Source: a virus (lineage: Duplodnaviria > Caudoviricetes). From it: a stretch of 27,240 nt of DNA. This document shows, one piece after another, positions 7,411-15,305 of the stretch. The notes below the pieces were generated by a model that saw only the letters and a program-made list of their open reading frames with translations, was not told the origin of the DNA and did no database searches. Both the position numbers and the translations under genes were made by a program. Position 1 is the stretch's first letter. Each line of letters starts with the position of its first letter. The stretch is from the IMG/VR virus record IMGVR_UViG_3300010052_000010, positions 1 through 27,240 of that record. One strand, written 5' to 3'.

Positions 7411-8673
7411 ATGAGCCTGTGGACGCGCCTTTTCGGCCCTCGGCCGCCTGCCACCGATTCGACGCCGGAGGCCCCGCGCGCCGCGGTGCAGAGCGCCGGC
7501 GGAGGCGTCATCGTCAACACGCCACAGGAACTGGAGGCGGCGATCAGGGGAGGAGCGGTTACCGGATCCGGCGTCGTGGTGAATGCCGACACCGCCATGC
7601 GCGTCGCTGCCGTCTATGCCTGCGTTCGCCTGCGTTCCAGCGTCGTCGCCAACCTGCCGATCGACGTCAAGCGCCGTGTGGACGAGCGGACGCGTGTCGA
7701 TGCCTCCGACCATTGGCTCTGGAAGCTGCTGCGCCGCAAGCCGAACCGGTGGCAGAAGCCCAGCCAGTTCAAGCGCATGCTGATGGCGCATCTGCTGCTG
7801 CGTGGAAACGCCTACGCCATGATCGTGTGGTCGGCGGGCCGCGCGCTGGAACTGATTCCGCTGCATCCCGATCGCGTCGAGTGCAAGCAGCTCGACGATC
7901 TGTCGCTGAGCTACGTCTACACCCGCAAGGATGGCCGCCAGGTCACGCTGCAGCAGCGCGAGGTCATGCACTTCGTCGGCCTGACGCTCGACGGGGTCAA
8001 CGGCGTCTCGGTGCTGACCTATGCCCGCGAGACCATCGGCGCATCGCTGGCGATGGAGGGCCACGGCGCCACGGTGTTCAAGAACGGTGCCCGTATCAGC
8101 GTTGTCCTGAAACATCCGGCCAAGCTCGGCAAGGAAGGGCTCGAATTCCTCAAGGCGAGCCTCGACGAATACCGCGCCGGCGGTGAAAGCGAGGGCAAGG
8201 CGCTCATCCTCGAGGAGGGCATGGCCGTCGAGCGTCTCGCCATGACCTCGGAAGACGCGCAATGGATCGAGGCCCGCAAGTTCACCCGCTCCGACATCGC
8301 CATGTTCTTCGCCGTGCCGCCTCACATGATCGGCGACACCGAAAAGTCGACGAGCTGGGGAACCGGCCTGGAGCAGCAGACCCAGGGCTTCGTCACCTTC
8401 AGCGCCGAGGACGATCTGACGATCTGGGAAGAGACGATCACCTTCGACCTCATCCCGGAAACCGAGCCGAACATCTACGTGCGGTTCAACCGCGCGGCCC
8501 TGGTGAAGGGCGACATCAAAACCAGGTGGGAGGCCTACAGCCTCGGCAGGCAGCTCAAGGTCATGTCGGCCAACGATGTCCGCAGCCTGGAAGACATGAA
8601 CCCAATTGCCGGCGGCGACGTCTACGAAAACCCGCTCATCACCGTTCCACCCGCGAAGGAAACCAAGCCATGA
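7411..8673 (+). CDS. HK97-family portal protein
   Basis: AVYACVRL, LLRGNAYA, LIPLHPDRV, DIAMFFAVPPHMIG, NDVRSLEDMNP. Confidence 0.96.
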   Translation: MSLWTRLFGPRPPATDSTPEAPRAAVQSAGGGVIVNTPQELEAAIRGGAVTGSGVVVNADTAMRVAAVYACVRLRSSVVANLPIDVKRRVDERTRVDASDHWLWKLLRRKPNRWQKPSQFKRMLMAHLLLRGNAYAMIVWSAGRALELIPLHPDRVECKQLDDLSLSYVYTRKDGRQVTLQQREVMHFVGLTLDGVNGVSVLTYARETIGASLAMEGHGATVFKNGARISVVLKHPAKLGKEGLEFLKASLDEYRAGGESEGKALILEEGMAVERLAMTSEDAQWIEARKFTRSDIAMFFAVPPHMIGDTEKSTSWGTGLEQQTQGFVTFSAEDDLTIWEETITFDLIPETEPNIYVRFNRAALVKGDIKTRWEAYSLGRQLKVMSANDVRSLEDMNPIAGGDVYENPLITVPPAKETKP

Positions 8674-9530
8674 GCCTGCGCACCCTGCCAGAGGCCAAGA
8701 CCTTCCAGCGTCCGCAGAATTTCCAGTGGGACGCGCCGTCCGATGTGCTGGCGCGCTGGGCGGAAACGCCGAGCGCCGCAGCGGCCGACGATCCGAACAC
8801 CATTACCGTCTTCGACGTCATCGGCGAGGACTGGTGGACCGGCGGCGGCTTCACGGCCAAGCGCATGTCGGCCGCGCTGCGCTCGATCGGCGCCAAGGAT
8901 GTGACGGTGCAGGTCAATTCGCCGGGCGGCGATATGTTCGAGGGCATCGCCATCTACAACCTGCTGCGCGAGCATCCGGCCAAGGTGACGATACAGGTCA
9001 TGGGCTGGGCGGCGTCGGCCGCCTCGATCATCGCCATGGCCGGTGATGACATCCGCATGGGCCTCGGTACCTTCATGATGGTGCACAACGCCTGGGGCGT
9101 CGTCGTCGGCAACCGCCACGACATGCGCGACGCGGCCGGCCTGTTCGACGGTTTTGACAGCGCTATAGTCGACATCTACGCCGCCCGCACCGGGCAGGAT
9201 CGCAAGGCCATCGAAAAGCTGATGGACGCCGAGACGTTCATGGGGCCGACCGAGGCTGTGAACGGCGGTTTCGCCGATGCGGTCGATGATGGCCTTGCCG
9301 CGTCGCAGCAAGGCGACGCGAAGAACATGGATCGCGGGCTGATGGCCCGTCGACAGACCGAAGCCGCGCTCGCCAAGGCCGGCTTTTCCAGAGACAAACG
9401 CTCCGAACTCCTGGTGGAGATGGGCGTTACGGCGGCCCCGCGCGATGCAAGCCGCCACCCCGCCGCGCGCGATGCAGGCGACGACCTCGCTGCTGCCGCA
9501 AGGCAGTTCATCCAGTCAATCCGCACCTGA
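8670..9530 (+). CDS. ClpP-like head maturation protease
   Basis: VNSPGGDMFEGIAIYN, AASAASIIAMAGD, MMVHNAW, MDAETFM. ATG 8670 overlaps the portal stop and has an AAGGA RBS. Confidence 0.95.
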   Translation: MSLRTLPEAKTFQRPQNFQWDAPSDVLARWAETPSAAAADDPNTITVFDVIGEDWWTGGGFTAKRMSAALRSIGAKDVTVQVNSPGGDMFEGIAIYNLLREHPAKVTIQVMGWAASAASIIAMAGDDIRMGLGTFMMVHNAWGVVVGNRHDMRDAAGLFDGFDSAIVDIYAARTGQDRKAIEKLMDAETFMGPTEAVNGGFADAVDDGLAASQQGDAKNMDRGLMARRQTEAALAKAGFSRDKRSELLVEMGVTAAPRDASRHPAARDAGDDLAAAARQFIQSIRT

Positions 9531-9542
9531 AGGAAACACGCC

Positions 9543-10952
9543 ATGAAACTGGCACTTTTCGCGACGGCCTTCGCCGTCATCGCCGCCGCATGCCTCTCGC
9601 TCGCCATGCCGGTCGATCATCTCACCCACTTCGCGGGCCTGATCCCGCACGACATCGGCGCCACCGTCGCCATGATGTGCGCCCCGGCGCTCAACCACCG
9701 TGCGCGCGGCCTGGTGGCCATCCGCAACGATGGCGGCAATGCCACCGCCATCCTCAACGAGCTGAAGCAGACGTTCGAGGCGTTCAAGGAGGCCAACAAC
9801 AAGGAGTTGGCCGATCTGAAAAGGGGCATGAGCGACGTCGTTCAGACCGAGAAGGTCGACCGAATCAACGCCGACATCCAGAAGCTCCAGGCGGCGCTCG
9901 ACGAAACCAACGTCATGCTTGCGGCCCTGAAGGTCGGCGGTGGCGGCGGCGCCGCCGATCCGACCAACGGCGAACATGCCAAGGCCTTCAATCGCTACTT
10001 CCGCAAGGGCGACGCCGGCAATCTTGGTGAATTGCAGGTCAAGGCGGCGCTCACCACGCAGTCCGATCCGGACGGCGGATATCTCGTGCCGACCGAGACC
10101 GAAAAAACCATCGACCGCATCCTTGGCGCGCACTCCGTCATGCGGCAGCTCGCATCGGTCCTCGCCATCGGTACCGGCGAGTACAAGAAGCTGGTGAACA
10201 TGGGTGGCGCGAGCATGGGCTGGGTCGGCGAGGAAGAATCTCGGCCGGAGACCGGAACGCCGACGCTGCGCGAGCTGATATTCACCATCATGGAGATCTA
10301 CGCCAATCCGGCAACCACCAGGACCATGCTCGACGACGGCATCATCGACATCGGCGCCTGGCTGGCCGACGAGGTGAACATCGCCTTCGCCGAGCAGGAA
10401 GGCGCGGCCTTCGTCACCGGCAGCGGGGTCAAGCGTCCCCGCGGCATCCTCGCCTATCCGACGGTCGCGAACGCGAACTATTCGTGGGGCAATGTTGGTT
10501 TCGTCGTCACCGGCGCAGCCTCCGATTTCCTGGCGCCGTCCTCGTCTGTCAGCCCGGCCGACGCACTGCTGGACCTGCTCTATGCCCTCAAGCAGGGCTA
10601 TCGGAACAATGCCAGCTACCTGACGACCGATGCCACACAGGCCCGCATCCGCAAGTTCAAGGATGGGCAGGGCAACTATATCTGGGCGCCGCCGTCGGCG
10701 GCCGAGAACGTTCCGACCATCTTCGGCAAGCCTGCTTACACCGATGACAACATGAACGAATTGGGCACCAACACCTTCCCGGTGGCGATCGGCGATTTCA
10801 AGCGCGCTTACTTGATCGTCGATCGCCAGGGCATCCGTGTCTTGCGCGATGAACTCACCCATAAGCCCTTCGTCCATTTCTACACGACCAAGCGTGTCGG
10901 CGGGGGCATCGCCAATTTCGAGGCGATCAAGCTGCTGAAGTGCAGCACCTGA
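9543..10952 (+). CDS. HK97-fold major capsid protein
   Basis: Coiled-coil delta domain, DGGYLVP, WVGEEE.RPET, FVTGSG..RPRGIL, GDFKRAY, KRVGG; AAGGA RBS. Confidence 0.96.
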   Translation: MKLALFATAFAVIAAACLSLAMPVDHLTHFAGLIPHDIGATVAMMCAPALNHRARGLVAIRNDGGNATAILNELKQTFEAFKEANNKELADLKRGMSDVVQTEKVDRINADIQKLQAALDETNVMLAALKVGGGGGAADPTNGEHAKAFNRYFRKGDAGNLGELQVKAALTTQSDPDGGYLVPTETEKTIDRILGAHSVMRQLASVLAIGTGEYKKLVNMGGASMGWVGEEESRPETGTPTLRELIFTIMEIYANPATTRTMLDDGIIDIGAWLADEVNIAFAEQEGAAFVTGSGVKRPRGILAYPTVANANYSWGNVGFVVTGAASDFLAPSSSVSPADALLDLLYALKQGYRNNASYLTTDATQARIRKFKDGQGNYIWAPPSAAENVPTIFGKPAYTDDNMNELGTNTFPVAIGDFKRAYLIVDRQGIRVLRDELTHKPFVHFYTTKRVGGGIANFEAIKLLKCST

Positions 10953-10953
10953 C

Positions 10954-11001
10954 GCCTTCGGGCAACACCATTCGCCTCGCCTGAATCGGCGAGGCGCATG
11001 G
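10954..11001 (+). terminator. Tandem hairpins after the capsid gene (attenuator or mRNA stability element)
   Basis: GCC-TTCG-GGC (10954-10963), then CGCCTCGCC-TGAATC-GGCGAGGCG (10973-10996). No U-tract, so not a classic intrinsic terminator. Confidence 0.45.
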
Positions 11002-11041
11002 GTCAAACCGTTCCTCCGCAAATCTCAGAAGGATCAGTCCG

Positions 11042-11479
11042 ATGAAGGACCTGCATTCGAAAATCTCCATTCTCAACGTGCTTGGGCCGGCCGTTCTCGC
11101 GGCCGACAACACGCCGGTCGCCATCGATCTCCAGGGCTTCAACGCCGCCGAGATCGAGCTGGGCATCGGCATCGGCGGCATCACCTTCGATGCCACCAAC
11201 AAGGTCGAGTTCAAGCTCACTCATTCCGACGACAACGTGACCTATACGCCGGTGGCGGATGGCGACATGCTGGGCGTGTCCGGCATTTCGTCCGGCATCA
11301 TCAAGTCCCTGGTCGCGGCGCATGCCGCCGTCGAATCCTGCCGCTACGGTTACAAGGGCGGAAAGCGCTACCTGAAGCTGCTTGCTGATTTCAGCGGCAC
11401 CCATGGGGCGGGCACGCCGATATACGCCTCCATCATCAGGTCTCGCGGCTACAGCAACCCGCAGCCGAACCAGGCGTGA
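11042..11479 (+). CDS. Putative capsid decoration/cement protein (beta-rich)
   Basis: Directly after MCP, AAGGA RBS, alternating beta-strand pattern (IDLQGF...KLTHSDD...KRYLKL). Function inferred from position. Confidence 0.7.
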   Translation: MKDLHSKISILNVLGPAVLAADNTPVAIDLQGFNAAEIELGIGIGGITFDATNKVEFKLTHSDDNVTYTPVADGDMLGVSGISSGIIKSLVAAHAAVESCRYGYKGGKRYLKLLADFSGTHGAGTPIYASIIRSRGYSNPQPNQA

Positions 11480-11502
11480 CGCGAGACCACACCGGTTGAA
11501 AC

Positions 11503-11527
11503 GGGCGCCGGCCGCGCGCTGGCGCCC
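11503..11527 (+). other. Intergenic GC hairpin
   Basis: GGGCGCCGGC-CGCGC-GCTGGCGCCC, 10-bp stem with one G-U pair, no U-tract. Confidence 0.4.
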
Positions 11528-11550
11528 TCCGAACCCGTAGGAGAAACACC

Positions 11551-11835
11551 GTGAAAGCAATTGTGACGAAGGCCTTCATCGGCCGGCGCGACGACAGCGC
11601 TGAATCCGAGAACCTCCAGGTCGGCGCCGAGATTACTGGCGATTTGGCCCGCGCGGCAGTCGAACAGGGCAATGCCGAGCCCGAAGGCGGCAGGAAGCCG
11701 AAGAAGAAGGGCAAGGACGTCGAGCCCACGCCGCGGGCCGATCTGGAGAAGCTGGCCGACGAAAAGGGCATCGCCTTCGATGCCGATACCACCGACGAGG
11801 CGCTTGCCGCGCTTATCGAGGCGGCCGGAGCATGA
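11551..11835 (+). CDS. Small hypothetical head-region protein, C-terminal HeH/LEM-like helical pair
   Basis: AGGAG RBS, GTG start; C-terminus RADLEKLADEKGIAFDADTTDEALAALI. Confidence 0.7.
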   Translation: MKAIVTKAFIGRRDDSAESENLQVGAEITGDLARAAVEQGNAEPEGGRKPKKKGKDVEPTPRADLEKLADEKGIAFDADTTDEALAALIEAAGA

Positions 11836-12431
11836 TCATGAGGCCGGAACAGCCGATGTCGCCGCCGGTGCTGGTCGCTGCGCCGTCGGCTGCGCCGGTC
11901 TCGCTCGACGACGTGAAGCGGCATATTCGCGATTGCTTCGACGATGACGACCAGCTTCTGCAAGGCCTGATCGACGGCGCGGTGAGCCATTTCGACGGCT
12001 ATGCCGGCATCCTAGGCCGGGCGCTCGTCACTCAGACATGGCGGCAGGATTTCGCGGCTTTCAGCCATTGCATGCGCCTGCCGCTCGGGCCGCTGTCAGG
12101 GGTACCGGTGATCACCTATTTCGACGCCGACGGCATTTCACGAACCGTCCCCGACACCATCTATTCGGCACACACCGACGCCAGGGGGCCGTTCATCGCC
12201 CTTCGCTCCGGCCAGTCGTGGCCGGCAACCGCCAGTCGTCTCGACGCGGTTTCAGTCGAGTTCGCTTGCGGCGAAGCGGCCGATAAGGTGCCGCCCGCCA
12301 TCAAGGTCGCGCTCATGCTCCTGGTCGCGCATTGGTATCGCAATCCGGAAGTTGTCGGCGATGGCGGCAACGTCGAACTGCCGTTCGCCGTGAGCGCTCT
12401 GATCACGCCGCGCCGCCGCGTCGGTGTCTGA
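11832..12431 (+). CDS. Head-tail connector (HK97 gp6 / phiE125 gp8 type)
   Basis: PVSLDDVKRHIR...DDDQLLQGLI, GRALVTQTW, VPPAIKVALMLLVAHWYRN. Start may be 11838 or 11856. Confidence 0.9.
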   Translation: MIMRPEQPMSPPVLVAAPSAAPVSLDDVKRHIRDCFDDDDQLLQGLIDGAVSHFDGYAGILGRALVTQTWRQDFAAFSHCMRLPLGPLSGVPVITYFDADGISRTVPDTIYSAHTDARGPFIALRSGQSWPATASRLDAVSVEFACGEAADKVPPAIKVALMLLVAHWYRNPEVVGDGGNVELPFAVSALITPRRRVGV

Positions 12432-12780
12432 ACCCATGCAGAAAATCAGCGCCGGCGACCTCTTCTACCGCGTCGCGTTCGAACGTCGTTCCGAAGTCGA
12501 TGACGGTTATGGCAACACGCTTTCCGATTGGGTCGAGCAATTCCAGTGCCGCGCCGCCTACCGGCATTTGCGTGGCGGGGAGGGCGTCATGGCCGGCCGG
12601 CTGCAGGGTCAGCATGTCCAGGTGATCACCGTGCGCGCCGCATCGCTGACGCGGCAGGTGACCACGGATTGGCGCGTGCGCGATGTCCGCACCGGCGACG
12701 TCTTCAACATCCGCGACGTCACGGTCGAGACCGACCGAGCTTTCATTTCCATGCTTTGCGAACGCGGCGTTGCCGCCTGA
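12424..12780 (+). CDS. Head closure / head-tail adaptor (SPP1 gp16-like)
   Basis: AGDL..RVAFE...DDGYGN...W...VTTDWRV...FNIRDV. Alternative start ATG 12436. Confidence 0.88.
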   Translation: MSEPMQKISAGDLFYRVAFERRSEVDDGYGNTLSDWVEQFQCRAAYRHLRGGEGVMAGRLQGQHVQVITVRAASLTRQVTTDWRVRDVRTGDVFNIRDVTVETDRAFISMLCERGVAA

Positions 12781-12795
12781 CCCGGAGAAACGACC

Positions 12796-13149
12796 ATGGC
12801 CGACTTGACCATCCAGGACCTCAGCGACGAAGACGGCGGCGCCGTCACCTTCGCCTCGGCGGCTGCCGGCGGCGACAAGTTCGTGTGGGACAGCCGCGCC
12901 TCGGTCATCATCCGCAACGATGATGCGGCGGCCAAGACCGTCACTCTCACGCCCGCCTACACCACGATCAACGACGAGCGCTATGGCGAGCTTACCCGTT
13001 CGCCGATCGTGCTTTCGGTGGCGGCGGGCGCCGTAGCCGTCATCCCCCCGGTGCCGATCGCCTTCCGCAATGCCGCAGACCAGAACAGGGTCGCGCTGAC
13101 TTACGACGCCGTGACCGCGCTGAAGATCGCGGTCATCCGTACGCGCTGA
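12796..13149 (+). CDS. Hypothetical beta-rich protein inserted in head-tail module
   Basis: Strong GGAG RBS, good codon usage, stop overlaps the next ATG. Confidence 0.8.
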   Translation: MADLTIQDLSDEDGGAVTFASAAAGGDKFVWDSRASVIIRNDDAAAKTVTLTPAYTTINDERYGELTRSPIVLSVAAGAVAVIPPVPIAFRNAADQNRVALTYDAVTALKIAVIRTR

Positions 13150-13613
13150 TGGTCGAGGGCGTCGCCGAGCTGACCCGTCGCCTGACCAGGGAAGTGCCGG
13201 CGCGCGTTCGCGAAGCCGCGAAAGCGGCGATGGAGGCCGGTGCGGAAGAGACGGTCGCGATGATGAAACGGCTGGCTCCGGTCCTCAAGCGGCCGGACGA
13301 TCGGCGCCGGGCCGGGGCGCTGCGCGACAGCATCGGGTGGACCTGGGGCGATGCCCCGGCCGGCAGCATGGTCATCGGAACCGTGCGCAGCCGGGGCTAC
13401 AAGACGATGCGCATCACGATCTATGCCGGCTCGCGCGACAGGAAGCACGGCGTCGACGACGCCTTCTACGCCCGGTGGGTCGAGTTCGGAACGCAGGATG
13501 CGCCGGCGCAGCCATATTTCTTCGTCTCCTGGCGAACCATGAAGAAGCGCGTCCGGTCGCGCATAGCGCGCAACGTCCGCAAGGCGATCCGTTCGGAAGG
13601 CGGTGATCTATGA
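13149..13613 (+). CDS. HK97 gp10-family tail completion protein
   Basis: GALRDSI, FYARWVEFGT..APAQPYF. Confidence 0.92.
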   Translation: MVEGVAELTRRLTREVPARVREAAKAAMEAGAEETVAMMKRLAPVLKRPDDRRRAGALRDSIGWTWGDAPAGSMVIGTVRSRGYKTMRITIYAGSRDRKHGVDDAFYARWVEFGTQDAPAQPYFFVSWRTMKKRVRSRIARNVRKAIRSEGGDL

Positions 13614-14014
13614 GCGCGTCCATCGCCTTTCAGAAGCTGGTCTATGACGCGCTCCGCGCCGATGCCGAACTTGCCGGCCTCATAGGCGGCAGGATTTACG
13701 ACCGCGTGCCGGACAAGCTGCGCTTTCCCTATGTCAGCTTCGGCGCCCACGATTTCGTGCTCGACGACGCGGATTGCATCCTGGCTGGTACCCACACGCT
13801 GCAGGTCGATGTCTGGAGCAGGGCGGTCGGAAAAGTCGATGCCAAGACCATTACCGATGCCGTGCGCCGGCTGCTCAACGGGTACGAGGCCGACATGGGC
13901 GATTTCGGCCTGGTCGAGATGCGCGTAGAGCTGGCGCAGGTCCTGGCCGATCCCGACGGACTGACATCGCATGGCATCGTCCAGGTCACAGCGATGATCG
14001 AAGAGCCGGAATGA
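13610..14014 (+). CDS. Tail terminator (DUF3168-like)
   Basis: GRIYDRVP...FPYVSFG...LQVDVWSR...DPDGLTSHG. Confidence 0.9.
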   Translation: MSASIAFQKLVYDALRADAELAGLIGGRIYDRVPDKLRFPYVSFGAHDFVLDDADCILAGTHTLQVDVWSRAVGKVDAKTITDAVRRLLNGYEADMGDFGLVEMRVELAQVLADPDGLTSHGIVQVTAMIEEPE

Positions 14015-14223
14015 GCGCCTTGGCCTGGGCGGTGTTCCATGTCGAAAGCAACTGGTCGCGGCCGAAGAGCGTCTATTCGTTCAACGCCAAGGCCTCTCCG
14101 GTGCCGCAGCAGCGCCCGCGCGATTTCGTCGACTACTGTGTTTCGAAGGGCTGGGCGGAAGAAGTTCCGTCGCCGACGAGAGCCGAGGCCGAGGCAATCC
14201 GGCCAAAACGCAAACGGAAATAG
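14011..14223 (+). CDS. Small basic hypothetical protein (70 aa)
   Basis: ATGA overlap with the terminator gene; MSALAWAVF...IRPKRKRK; fills the gap before the tail tube leader. Confidence 0.6.
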   Translation: MSALAWAVFHVESNWSRPKSVYSFNAKASPVPQQRPRDFVDYCVSKGWAEEVPSPTRAEAEAIRPKRKRK

Positions 14224-14293
14224 CAACCCGGGCGCGAGCCCATTTGCCGGCCGGTCATCACCCGCCGGCCTATCAGCGCATGGAGAAAGACCA

Positions 14294-14740
14294 ATGGCAC
14301 GCGCACAGACCGCCAGTTTCCATCAGATGGTGCTCGAGGTGGAGACCGACACGCCCGGCACCTATGCAAAGCTCTGCGGGCTCACCTCCCGCGGCATCAG
14401 CCGCCAGTCCAACATGCAGACGTCGGAGGTTCCGGACTGCGACGACGAAAGCCTTCCGGCGGCGGTCGAGCGCGCCGTGCAGTCGCAGGAAGTCACCATA
14501 TCCGGATCAGGCGTCTGGGCGGCGCAGAGCCACGAGACGATGCTCGACTGGTGGTACTCCGGCGCCTCCAAGAACGTCCGCATCAAGCATGTCAACGCCG
14601 CGGTCGGCGACACCGAATACGAGACCGGGCAGGCCTATCTCGTGTCGATCAACAACCAGGCCGAGCGCGGGCAGAAGGTCACCGCAGAGATCTCCATCCA
14701 GTTCGACGGCCTGCCTGCCCGCACCGCCAAGGCCGCCTGA
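14294..14740 (+). CDS. Major tail tube protein
   Basis: GGAG RBS; LCGLTSRGI...EVPDCDD...ISGSGV...QFDG resembles GTA/alphaproteobacterial siphophage tail tubes. Confidence 0.9.
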   Translation: MARAQTASFHQMVLEVETDTPGTYAKLCGLTSRGISRQSNMQTSEVPDCDDESLPAAVERAVQSQEVTISGSGVWAAQSHETMLDWWYSGASKNVRIKHVNAAVGDTEYETGQAYLVSINNQAERGQKVTAEISIQFDGLPARTAKAA

Positions 14741-15150
14741 TGAGGCCGGCCGAAACCATCGTCTGGCCGGGCGGCGAGCACGCTTTCCGGCTCGGCATCG
14801 GCGAGCTGCGCGCCATCGAGCAGCGTTCGGATGCGGGCGTGTTCGTCGTTCTCATGCGCCTGCTGAGCCAGCAGGCCAAGATTGACGACGTGCTCGGGCC
14901 GATCCGTCTTGGCCTGATCGGCGCCGGCATGGCGGAGAGGGATGCGCAGCGCCTGGTCGACATGGTGCTCGCCGACAAGTCGAGCCTCTACGCGCTCGCC
15001 GTGCCGGCCGCCGACATCCTGCGGCGCTTTATCATGTGGGAAGGGGATGACCAGCCGGGGGAAGCTGGAGCGGAGGGGATGCCGGCCGCGCAGACGCCCT
15101 CCGCAACGGACTTACCCGCTGGTCAGCCTATTACGGCGCCGGCGTCGTGA
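14740..15150 (+). CDS. Tail assembly chaperone G (GTA gp10-like)
   Basis: WPGGEHAFRLGIGELRAIE...IRLGLIGAGM; TGATG coupling to the tail tube gene. Confidence 0.85.
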   Translation: MRPAETIVWPGGEHAFRLGIGELRAIEQRSDAGVFVVLMRLLSQQAKIDDVLGPIRLGLIGAGMAERDAQRLVDMVLADKSSLYALAVPAADILRRFIMWEGDDQPGEAGAEGMPAAQTPSATDLPAGQPITAPAS

Positions 15151-15305
15151 TGGGGTTCACCCCGCGCGATGTCGACGACATGACACTGTGGGAATTCGCG
15201 TCCTGCGCCGAAGGCTATCGCCTGGCGCATCGCACCAGGGAAGAGCCGCCGCCCGCCATGGGCGATGACGATCTCGCCGCGCTTGGAGTGGAGGGCTTCG
15301 GCTGA
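15051..15305 (+). CDS. Tail assembly chaperone T segment (probably reached by -1 frameshift; possible own ATG at 15150)
   Basis: The -1 frame is open from 15051 to TGA 15303-15305 and reads ...WSAYYGAGVVMGFTPRDVDDMTLWEFASCAEGY...; its stop overlaps the TMP ATG. Not in the supplied ORF track. Confidence 0.75.
   Translation, partial: PAGGSWSGGDAGRADALRNGLTRWSAYYGAGVVMGFTPRDVDDMTLWEFASCAEGYRLAHRTREEPPPAMGDDDLAALGVEGFG

Noticed and set aside
8262-8669. Upstream extension of the protease ORF (and similar extensions at 3833, 13774, 14039, 14551, 18743)
   Set aside because: They overlap established genes in another frame; downstream starts have an RBS or stop-start coupling.
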